The notes under the pieces: model-generated
The model's database searches: none
What the model was told of the DNA's origin: nothing
Seen by the model: only the letters and a program-made list of their open reading frames with translations
Part shown: positions 36,258 through 45,135 of the stretch, piece after piece
How positions within the stretch are numbered: the first letter of the stretch is position 1
How the letters are laid out: every line of letters starts with the position of its first letter
Program-made: the position numbers and the translations under genes
NCBI GenBank assembly: GCA_016785015.1
Contig: JADHTJ010000007.1
Coordinates: 4,615 to 68,614, forward strand
DNA length: 64,000 nt
DNA from: Anaerolineales bacterium
GTDB lineage: Bacteria; Chloroflexota; Anaerolineae; Anaerolineales; UBA11858
Direction of reading: 5' to 3'

Positions 36258-37247
36258 TCAAAACGGCAGCCAGCGACCCAGGCCCTTGGCTTTGGCTTTT
36301 CGGAAGACCTCCGGCAGGATAGCAGCATATTCGCCCCAAATGCCCAGTGCGATAAAGACGATGATCTCGTCATCGGATTCGCGTCCCGGTACTTTCCCGG
36401 CCACGATGTCGGGCCATTCGGCATAGACACTCTCCTGGCTAAATTTACCATCTTTAATCAATTGGATCACCTCAGGAATTCTAGGGCTGACGTACTTCCA
36501 GCGGTCTAAGACAACTTTATCGGCTCCGGTGATGACGTCAAATGCCACTTCTTGATAGGAACCTAAGCGGGCAACAAACGTTCCCGGTTTTAGCCAATCT
36601 AAATAAACAAGTTCTTGACTTCCCGTGGTCACCGTGAACACTATATCCGATTTTCTTACAGCAGCCTCTCTATCTTCCAGAGAGACAGCTTCGACAGAGA
36701 AGCCCAATTCCGCTTCAAGATCTGCCGCGCAAGATTGAGCAACTTCAGCAACAATATCCACAAAATAGGCTTGCTTGAGCCCAAAACGTTCAGCCAAAGC
36801 CTTCAGGTGAAGCCGGCCCAATGTTCCTGCTCCAAAAATCGTCACGGTGTCTGATTCTGGACGGGCTAGATAAGCTGTCGTCACGGCTGTTGATGATGCC
36901 GTCTTTAAGCCTGTTACCCAATCAGCCCCCATAAAGCACGCCGGGAGCCCTGTCTCATAGTCGACCAGGATAACTTGGGAGGCAGTGGTCGGCCGATTGT
37001 ATTTCTTCGGGTTGCCGGGGAAATAGCTGAAAGATTTGACAAAGGCATATTCCTCCCCTGCGATATAGCCAGAAAATGGTTTGATAAAGCCGTCGTCATT
37101 GACATTCATATAGAACTTGTCGCCCTCGACGTTGCCGGCAGCATCTTCCTTGATGCCTTTCTCTGCTAAATCGACTGCCTCGGCCACGGTCAAAGTTTGC
37201 TGGACATCGTCTTCGGTCAGGTAAAGAATTTCTTTGGGGATAGGCAT
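36258..37247 (-). CDS. Ornithine cyclodeaminase / mu-crystallin family protein
   Basis: Size 329 aa. N-terminal LYLTEDDVQQTLTVAEAVDLAEKG and Rossmann fold VTIFGAGTLGRLHLKAL. Confidence 0.75.
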   Translation of the reverse strand: MPIPKEILYLTEDDVQQTLTVAEAVDLAEKGIKEDAAGNVEGDKFYMNVNDDGFIKPFSGYIAGEEYAFVKSFSYFPGNPKKYNRPTTASQVILVDYETGLPACFMGADWVTGLKTASSTAVTTAYLARPESDTVTIFGAGTLGRLHLKALAERFGLKQAYFVDIVAEVAQSCAADLEAELGFSVEAVSLEDREAAVRKSDIVFTVTTGSQELVYLDWLKPGTFVARLGSYQEVAFDVITGADKVVLDRWKYVSPRIPEVIQLIKDGKFSQESVYAEWPDIVAGKVPGRESDDEIIVFIALGIWGEYAAILPEVFRKAKAKGLGRWLPF

Positions 37248-37362
37248 GGAAATAGCTCTCCTTTATTCAATTTCCGTATGTATAGGGTAAATATTCTGAC
37301 AAATTAAGCAAGCCAAAATGGATCTTTGGCATCTCCGCAAAGGTTTATTTTGATCAGATGAT

Positions 37363-37869
37363 TTATTCACCTCCATTGAGTTGGCTTTCTCCTAATTTCC
37401 CTGCCCAGCCATAATTCTCTTTGGCGATACGTAAGTACATAAATGTTTCAGCTTCTTTAACGCCCTCAACGGCATGAAGTTTTTTGGAAAGAAAATTCAA
37501 TAGGTGCGTTTTATCTCTGCAAACCACTTCGACATGTAGATCATAACTACCCGTTACCAATACCAAGTAGATTACTTCTTCAAATGCTGCTATCTCGTCA
37601 GCAATTTCTTCCAAGCGATTTACTTCTGCCTTGACACCAATCTGCGCCATGGTGGCAAATCCCATCAAAAGATGATTTGTGACAGCTACAATTTGGAGAA
37701 CACCTTCATTTACCAGGCGATGATATCGTTGACGGATTGTGCCAGTAGAAACCCCCAATTGTTTTGCTATTTGTGCAAATGGCGTTCTGCCGTCTTCACT
37801 TAATATTTTGATGATTTGAAGATCAACATCATCAATTTTTGCCTGCCCTTTGAGTTTGATATCTTGCAT
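37363..37869 (-). CDS. Lrp/AsnC family transcriptional regulator
   Basis: IDDVDLQIIKILSEDGRTPFAQIAKQLGVSTGTIRQRYHRL plus a RAM domain. Confidence 0.9.
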   Translation of the reverse strand: MQDIKLKGQAKIDDVDLQIIKILSEDGRTPFAQIAKQLGVSTGTIRQRYHRLVNEGVLQIVAVTNHLLMGFATMAQIGVKAEVNRLEEIADEIAAFEEVIYLVLVTGSYDLHVEVVCRDKTHLLNFLSKKLHAVEGVKEAETFMYLRIAKENYGWAGKLGESQLNGGE

Positions 37870-37966
37870 AACGCCCTCGATTTCGCAATTATTTGTGGCA
37901 ATATATCACAATCAGGAAGAAAAATCAAGAAAAAAATACCAAATCTGCATAAAAACACATTATTTA

Positions 37967-37997
37967 TTGCAAAATCGACATTTTTATATGGTATACT
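37967..37997 (+). promoter_or_regulatory. Candidate extended -10 promoter (TGgTATACT) in the divergent Lrp/DMGDH intergenic region
   Basis: TGGTATACT at 37989-37997. TTGCAA sits 19 nt upstream (suboptimal spacing). AT-rich region with repeated ATTATTT(N)TTGC motifs that could be Lrp sites. Confidence 0.3.
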
Positions 37998-38069
37998 GCT
38001 TCCAATTTCGAATCCGTGAATTTTCCAGCAACTCCGATAAAGAATATTCTGCCAACGCAGGAGGTATCC

Positions 38070-40550
38070 ATGACCATTAATCAATCATCATCAACCTTGT
38101 CAGGCAACCTTCCAACGCATGCACAAGTAGTGATCATCGGTGGGGGTGTGATTGGCTGCAGCGTTGCCTACCATCTGACAAAATTAGGGTGGAATGATGT
38201 CTTGCTCTTAGAACGTAAAGAACTCACCTCGGGGACCACCTGGCACGCCGCAGGTCTGGTCGTAACACCCAGCGGAGATGAACAATATATCGAGATGGTG
38301 ACCTACACCCGCGAATTAATAAAAAGTCTGGAGGCAGAGACCGGCCAATCCACAGGGTTTAAAGACATCGGATACTTACAGTTAGCCTGTACGCCTGATT
38401 GGTTGGAAGAAAGACGCCGGATGGCTGTTGCGGCACGAAAACACGGCATCAATTATCAAGAAATCTCACCAAAAGAAGTCAAAGAGATGTGGCCGCTGGC
38501 AGATACCAGCGATGTACTTGCCGGATTTTTTACGCCGGAAGACGGACGCGCTAACCCCGTTGACTTCACCATGGCTTTGGCGAAAGGCGCCCGTATGGGC
38601 GGCGCCAAGATTTTCGAAGATACCGAAGTCATCGGAATCAATAAAGAAAACGGACGCGTTACAGGTGTAGTCACAAATAAAGGTGTAATAGAGACAGAGT
38701 ACGTGGTCAATTGTGCCGGGATGTGGGGTCGTGAATTAGGCAAGCTGGCCGGGGTCAATGTGCCCTTACAGGCAGCAGAACACTATTATTTACTCACTGA
38801 ACCCATTGAAGGCGTGCACCCCGATTTGCCGATCATTGAAGATTTTGGCCGCTACTCGTATTTTAGGGAAGAGGTGGGGGGTCTGTTGGTCGGCTTTTTT
38901 GAGCCGGTCGCTGCTCCCTGGGGTATGGACGGCATCCCCAAGGACTTTTCCTTTGGAGAGATCAAACCAGATTGGGATCGCATGATGCCTTATATCGAGA
39001 TCGCCATGGAACGAATTCCCATCCTCAAGAATGCGGGCATCCATAAATTCTTCTGTGGACCGGAAAGCTTCACCCCCGATGGGGGTCCACTAATGGGAGA
39101 AGCGCCTGATTTGGAGAATTTCTACGTTGCGGCGGGTCTGAACTCTTTGGGTATTTTGCAAGGGGGTGGGGTAGGTAAGATTATGGCCCAATGGATTGTG
39201 GATGGTTATTGTCCAGTAGATTCTCTAGATTTCGATATCGCCCGCTGCTTCCCCTTCCAGAGCACGCAGAAATTCTTGACGGATCGCACGGTGGAAACCT
39301 TAGGGCTGCAGTACAAACTTTTTTATCCCAACACTGCACATGAAACGGCTAGGAATGTGCGCAGAACGGCGATCCACGATCAATTGGCCAAAGCGGGCGC
39401 TTTCTTTGTGGATGGCATGGGTTGGGAAATCCCCGACTGGTACGCGCCTCCTGGGGTTGAAGCTAAGATCGAAGAGTATTCTTGGGGGCGGCAGAACTGG
39501 TTTGAATATCATGCCGACGAGCATCGCGCCTGCCGCGAAGATGTGATCATCATGGATGTTACATCCATGTCGAAATTCCTGGTTCAAGGGAGGGACGCGG
39601 AGCGAGTGCTCAATAAAATCTGCGCCAATGATGTTGCAGTTCCCGAAGGCAAAGTCGTCTACACGCAGTGGCTGAATGAGCGCGGCGGGATGGAAGCGGA
39701 TCTAACCGTCACTCGCCTGGCCGAGGATAAGTATTTCATCGTCAGTGCCGGAGATTTCTACGGCCATGATCTGATGTGGCTGGACAAACATATCCCCAAA
39801 GATGCGCATGCGATTGTCACCGACGTAACGTCGGGGTACACGCTGATGAACATCCAGGGCCCCAAATCGCGCCAGCTTGTCAGTCGGTTGACGACGGCAA
39901 ATGTTTCCAAAGATGCTTTCCCCTACATGACGGCTCAAAATATTGATATCGGGTATGCTGTGGTTCAGGTCATGCGAGTGACCTATGAGGGCGAGTTGGG
40001 CTTCGAATTCTATGTACCAGCTGAATTCTCTGCGCATGTTTACGAAGCCGTCGTAGAAGCTGGTCAAGATTTGGGGTTGAGGCACGCTGGTTTTCAGGCG
40101 CTCAATTCTTTGAGGATTGAGAAGGCTTATCGTGAATACGGCCATGATATGGATAGTGAAGATACTCCCCTGGAGGCTGGTCTGGGTTGGGCAGTCAAAT
40201 TTGACAAGCCGGGGGGCTTCATTGGTAGAGAAGCGCTTTTGCGACACAAGCAAAGCGGTCCGCTCAAATATCGCATGGTTTTATTCCTGCTCGAAGACCC
40301 AGAGCCGCTGCTTTTCGGCAATGAGATCATCTACCGTGATGGGGAGTACGTTGGATACCTGCAAACCGGCGCCTATGGTTTTACGCTTGGCGGTGCTATG
40401 GGGATGGGTTTTGTCCATCATGAAGGCGGTGCGACAAATGATTTCATCAATAGTGGTTCATATGAAATCGATATCGCCGGCGAGCGCTTCCCCGCAAAGG
40501 CTTCCTTGCGCCCAATATATGACCCGAAGAATGAGAGAGTACGCAGCTAA
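38070..40550 (+). CDS. Dimethylglycine/sarcosine dehydrogenase-like flavoenzyme (DAO + GcvT domains), paralog of 29326-31806
   Basis: ATG 38070 preceded by aggagg. [31 protein letters not shown] and [13 protein letters not shown]. Confidence 0.9.
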   Translation: [826 protein letters not shown]

Positions 40551-40563
40551 AGGGAGTTGAGCG

Positions 40564-41928
40564 ATGAAATATTTTTCTCGTTTTCATAACCGGGGGCACA
40601 ATCTCAGACCACCTGACCTCTACGAATATTTTGTTGACAACTTCTGGTTCAAGACAATCGATCTGGAAAACCAGAAAATCAATCCGCCTCTACGCGGTAG
40701 CCACACTGCGGACGTAGTTATCGTCGGCGGGGGCTTTACCGGACTTTCTTCTGCGTATCATATTCGCCAAAGATTTCCTGACAAGAAAATTGTCATCCTT
40801 GAAGGAGCCAGCTGCGGCTATGGAGCCAGTGGGCGCAATGGCGGCTTCTGCGTAGCAACCAGCTTACTCGATTGGGAGCAACCAGACCCTGAAATTCGCC
40901 AGCAAAGTTTGGAAGTATCCTATTACGGTTTGAATTTCATCAAGAAAATGATTGCCGAATATGGCATCGATTGTGACTTGGAAGAAAACGGGATGTTGTC
41001 TGTTGCTTTAAATGAGAAGCAGACCAAAGATCTGGAAGAATACCGCGATTACCTGAAATTGTTTGAGTTGGATTCGACTATTCTCCAGGGGAAAGAGCTG
41101 AAGCAGGAAATCAAATCTCCGCTCTTTGTTGCGGGATTGACGGAGCCGCAAGGCGCCATTCTTAATCCAGCTAAACTTGCTCGCGGGATGAAGCAAATCG
41201 TCGAACAGAATAATATCGAAATCTTCGAGCGGTCCGTTGTCACTCGTATCACTCCGGGGAAAGATCACCATATCGATACAGAATTAGGTGAAATCCGTGC
41301 ACCTATCCTGGTTCTGGCTGTCAACGCCTATGCCCATAAACTGGGATTTTTCCAGAATCGGGTGTTTCCGGTGAATGTTTATCAGATTGCTACCGAACCG
41401 CTTAGTAAAGCACAATGGGAATCGATTGGTTGGGGGAACCGACAAGGATTATCCGATGAGAGAATTATGTATAGTTACAGTATTCCCACTGCCGATGGAC
41501 GCATACTGATGGGGGGAAGAGAATTTTCCTATTATGAAAATGATGCGATCAGCTCGGGAAACGATAAAACAGTTACATCGCGTGTCAAGGAAAACTTATT
41601 CTTGTTTTTCCCGCAATTGGAGGGATTGCGCATCGAACATGCTTGGGGTGGCACAAATGCCTTTACGATTGGAAAGGTGCCAACTGCGGGTGTGATGGGG
41701 GATCATAAGAATATCTATTACGGTTTTGGTATTAGTGAAGGCGTTCCCTCTACGCAAACGTTTGGTCGTATCATTGCAGATCTTTTGGTGGGTGAATCCA
41801 ACGAATTTACCAACCATTTTATTGTCAACCGGAAATTGCCGTATGCCGGCCCCAGGATCTTGCGCGGCATGTTTGGCCGAGGGGTCAAGTGGATGATAAA
41901 TAACCTGGGATTCTCACCCATCCATTAA
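40564..41928 (+). CDS. FAD-dependent oxidoreductase (DAO family, PuuB/OrdL-like amine oxidase)
   Basis: DVVIVGGGFTGLSSAYH..GASGRNGGF. Confidence 0.85.
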   Translation: MKYFSRFHNRGHNLRPPDLYEYFVDNFWFKTIDLENQKINPPLRGSHTADVVIVGGGFTGLSSAYHIRQRFPDKKIVILEGASCGYGASGRNGGFCVATSLLDWEQPDPEIRQQSLEVSYYGLNFIKKMIAEYGIDCDLEENGMLSVALNEKQTKDLEEYRDYLKLFELDSTILQGKELKQEIKSPLFVAGLTEPQGAILNPAKLARGMKQIVEQNNIEIFERSVVTRITPGKDHHIDTELGEIRAPILVLAVNAYAHKLGFFQNRVFPVNVYQIATEPLSKAQWESIGWGNRQGLSDERIMYSYSIPTADGRILMGGREFSYYENDAISSGNDKTVTSRVKENLFLFFPQLEGLRIEHAWGGTNAFTIGKVPTAGVMGDHKNIYYGFGISEGVPSTQTFGRIIADLLVGESNEFTNHFIVNRKLPYAGPRILRGMFGRGVKWMINNLGFSPIH

Positions 41929-41967
41929 TTTGATAAATGCGTTGTGAAATCGAAGTAGGAGGACTTT

Positions 41968-43329
41968 ATGAAATATTTTTCAAAATCAAATAATCGAAGT
42001 CGAAATCTCAGGCCGCCCGACCTGTATGAATATTATGTAGACAACTACTGGTTCAAAACTGTTGATCTTGATAACCAAAAAATCAATCAGCCGCTGAGGG
42101 GTAGCCATAAAGCAGACATAGTCATTGTGGGAGGTGGGTTTACTGGCCTTTCTTCAGCGTACCATATAAAGCAAAAATTCCCTGAAAAGCACATCGTATT
42201 GCTGGAAGGTGCTTGCTGTGGATATGGTGCCAGCGGGCGCAACGGTGGTTTTTGTATCGCGACAGATCTGCTGGGGGAAACAGGAAATGTTAATCCCGAA
42301 GTTCGCCAGAAAAATTTGGAAATTTCGTTTTACGGACTTAATTTTATTAAGAGAATGATCTCGGAGCATGGCGTTGAATGCGATTTGGAAGAGAACGGGA
42401 TGCTGGAAGTCGCATTTAATGAAAAACATATTCGAAAACTGGAAGAGTTTCAAAGCTGGCTGAATTCTTTTGGATTGGATTCGACTCTCCTTCAAAGCGA
42501 AGAGCTTAGAAATGAAATCAGATCCTCTCGTTTTATTGCTGGGCTGAATAACCCGCACGGCGCGATACTCAACCCGGCAAAACTTGCCCGTGAAATGAAA
42601 AGGGTAGTCGAAGAAGTTGGCGTTGAAGTTCGTGAAAGAACCGTTGTCACCCGCATTACGCCCGGTAAAACCAATCTTATTGATACCGAATTGGGGGATA
42701 TTCGTGCACCCATCCTGGTTATCGCCCTAAATGCTTATGCTCATAAACTGGGTTTCTTTAAGGACCGTGTTTTCCCCATCAGTGTTTTTCAAATTGCTAC
42801 GGAGCCTCTCAATGAAACACAACTAGAGTCCATCGGGTGGGGTAATCGACAGGGTTTATCCGACATGCGTACTATGTTTAGTTATTTGATTTTAAGCAGG
42901 GATAGTCGGATTATTATGGGTGGAGCGGGTGGTTTTGGGTATTATGACAACGATGCTTTATGCTCCGGCAACGATAAATCATTTACCCATTCCATCACTA
43001 AGGATCTCTTTACATCTTTTCCCCAGCTAGAAGGGTTAGGCATTGAGCATACCTGGGGAGGCACAACAGCTTATATGTTGGGAGACCGAAGCCCATCCGT
43101 GGGCGTGATGGGAGATCAAAAGAATATCTATTATGGCGTTGGCTTGAGTGAAGGGGTTCCAACCACGCAGACGTTTGGCCGCATCATCGCAGATCTGATG
43201 GCTGGCGAATCGAACGAGTTCACCGAACACTATGTTGTTAATTATCCGATTGCTTATGCTGGCCCAACGAGTCTGCGTGGAGTTTTTGGCAGAGGCGCCA
43301 GGTGGATATGGGAGAAACAAGATAATTGA
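41968..43329 (+). CDS. FAD-dependent oxidoreductase (DAO family), tandem paralog
   Basis: Collinear with the previous gene from MKYFS..NLRPPDLYEY..DNxWFKT onward. DIVIVGGGFTGLSSAYH. Confidence 0.85.
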   Translation: MKYFSKSNNRSRNLRPPDLYEYYVDNYWFKTVDLDNQKINQPLRGSHKADIVIVGGGFTGLSSAYHIKQKFPEKHIVLLEGACCGYGASGRNGGFCIATDLLGETGNVNPEVRQKNLEISFYGLNFIKRMISEHGVECDLEENGMLEVAFNEKHIRKLEEFQSWLNSFGLDSTLLQSEELRNEIRSSRFIAGLNNPHGAILNPAKLAREMKRVVEEVGVEVRERTVVTRITPGKTNLIDTELGDIRAPILVIALNAYAHKLGFFKDRVFPISVFQIATEPLNETQLESIGWGNRQGLSDMRTMFSYLILSRDSRIIMGGAGGFGYYDNDALCSGNDKSFTHSITKDLFTSFPQLEGLGIEHTWGGTTAYMLGDRSPSVGVMGDQKNIYYGVGLSEGVPTTQTFGRIIADLMAGESNEFTEHYVVNYPIAYAGPTSLRGVFGRGARWIWEKQDN

Positions 43330-43331
43330 TC

Positions 43332-43580
43332 ATGACCCCAGCTAAGGGAATCCGGAAAATAAAAAAACCGAACACTGCAATATGCCCGCTTTGTGGGGAA
43401 CCTAACCATTGCGCTGTCGCGGCCGACCCCAACGCCACAGAATGTTGGTGTGAATCGTTAGAATTTCCCCACGAATTGCTTGCACAGATTCCTGGCGATG
43501 CAGTCCGAAAAACCTGTGTTTGCCAAAAATGCCTCGCGGAATTTCAAGAATCTCACAGAGGATCTGAAGCTACATCATAG
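43332..43580 (+). CDS. Cysteine-rich CWC family protein
   Basis: CPLCGEPNHCA...ECWCE...CVCQKCL spacing is characteristic of Pfam Cys_rich_CWC. ATG 43332 lies 2 nt after the upstream stop. Confidence 0.75.
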   Translation: MTPAKGIRKIKKPNTAICPLCGEPNHCAVAADPNATECWCESLEFPHELLAQIPGDAVRKTCVCQKCLAEFQESHRGSEATS

Positions 43581-43668
43581 ACTCCACTGAAAAAACTACC
43601 AGACGAGGGAAACTTACTTGGTGGCTTTTTGCAGTAGAGTCATCATAGCAACGAATTAAGGAGATTTA

Positions 43669-45132
43669 ATGGTTACAAAAACTCCCGATATCATCCCATT
43701 TGTTTCTCCCATAAAGGCAGAAGTACTAACTCAAGCTGAACTTGAAACGTTGAAAGCTAAAACGCTGCTGCTCTTAAATGATGTTGGCGTGCATTTTCCT
43801 TCGTCCAAAGCTCTGGATATCTTTGCTGAGCATGGCGCACAAGTAGATAGAGAGAGTGAAATTGTGCGTCTCCAGCCTGAATTGGTGGAAAAAGCTATGG
43901 CTTCTGCGCCGCGCTCCTTCATCCTTGGAGGGCGCAAAGAGCGTTTTGACCTCTTCCTTGATGGAAAACGATCCTATCTCTGTACCGATGGCACCGGGGT
44001 ACATGTGATCGACCTGGAAACGCGCGCCAAGCGCGAATCTTGCAAGGATGATGTCGCCATGATGGCGCGTGTTTGCGATGCGCTCCCGTTGGTCAGCTTC
44101 TTCTGGCCGATGGTAAGCTCGAAGGAATATGGACGAACGGCACCATTACACAATTGTCATGCTGGCCTGATTAACACACTTAAACATGTGCGCGGGGGGA
44201 CGACGGTGCACCCGAGATTAGCTCCTTATATTGTAGAAATGGCCAGTGTTGTTGCCGGAAATACTGAAAACCGCATAAAGAGACCACCAATATGCGCCAA
44301 TATTTGCACAATATCTCCGCTAAGTCATGATAAACATGGCATCGAGGCTGCGCTTGTTTATGCTGAAGCGGGCATCCCAATCAGCTTCATGGCCATGCCC
44401 ACTATGGGATCCACTGCGCCGGCAACGCCTTTAGCCGCGCTGATTATGGGCGATGCGGAAGTGATTAGCGCCATGGTGCTTATCCAGCTTGCATTTCCGG
44501 GTGCGCCCGTGTTTCATGCCGTTTTCACATCGCTGATGGATCCTCGTTCTGGCGGGTATATCAGTGAGGTACCAACCCCCTCTTATATCATGGCGAAACA
44601 ACTCGCCCATGCCTGGAATTTACCCTGTCTTGGGGGTGCCCGGGTAAGTGGAGACGCACCTGAGCTGGGTTGGCAATCGGGTTATGAAGTTGGACTCGGG
44701 GCAGGGATGATCGCCATGGCTGGAGGGGATATATGTGGGTTGATGGGCTTGGTTGGCAGTGCGACCACGCTCTATCCCGAAGAGGTAATCCTCGATCATG
44801 ATAGCATCTTCCATGTCTATGAAATGATAAACAATAAAAGGTTTGATGAAATTGATTTGGCTTTGGATTTAATTCGAGATGTAGGGCCGCGCAGCCACTT
44901 CCTAGCACAGAAGCACACCCGAACGCATATCCGCAATTTCAGATTGCCAACGCTACTAAGAAATCGTGGAGAGGAAGGTCAACAGCGTGACCCACGCGAA
45001 ATTGCACTGGAAAAATTTAAACATATTGAAGCCACTCATCACCCACAACCGCTGCCCGATGATGTTATTGCAGAGTTGGATCATATTCTCGAAGCAGCCG
45101 AAATAGAGGCGGAAGCGATATTTGGGGAATGA
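43669..45132 (+). CDS. MttB-superfamily (non-Pyl) substrate:corrinoid methyltransferase
   Basis: RBS aaggag. AEHGAQVD, MARVCDALPLVSFFWPMVSSKE, SHFLAQKHTRTHI. Closest by eye to the paralog at 31808-33268. Confidence 0.9.
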   Translation: MVTKTPDIIPFVSPIKAEVLTQAELETLKAKTLLLLNDVGVHFPSSKALDIFAEHGAQVDRESEIVRLQPELVEKAMASAPRSFILGGRKERFDLFLDGKRSYLCTDGTGVHVIDLETRAKRESCKDDVAMMARVCDALPLVSFFWPMVSSKEYGRTAPLHNCHAGLINTLKHVRGGTTVHPRLAPYIVEMASVVAGNTENRIKRPPICANICTISPLSHDKHGIEAALVYAEAGIPISFMAMPTMGSTAPATPLAALIMGDAEVISAMVLIQLAFPGAPVFHAVFTSLMDPRSGGYISEVPTPSYIMAKQLAHAWNLPCLGGARVSGDAPELGWQSGYEVGLGAGMIAMAGGDICGLMGLVGSATTLYPEEVILDHDSIFHVYEMINNKRFDEIDLALDLIRDVGPRSHFLAQKHTRTHIRNFRLPTLLRNRGEEGQQRDPREIALEKFKHIEATHHPQPLPDDVIAELDHILEAAEIEAEAIFGE

Positions 45133-45135
45133 GAA

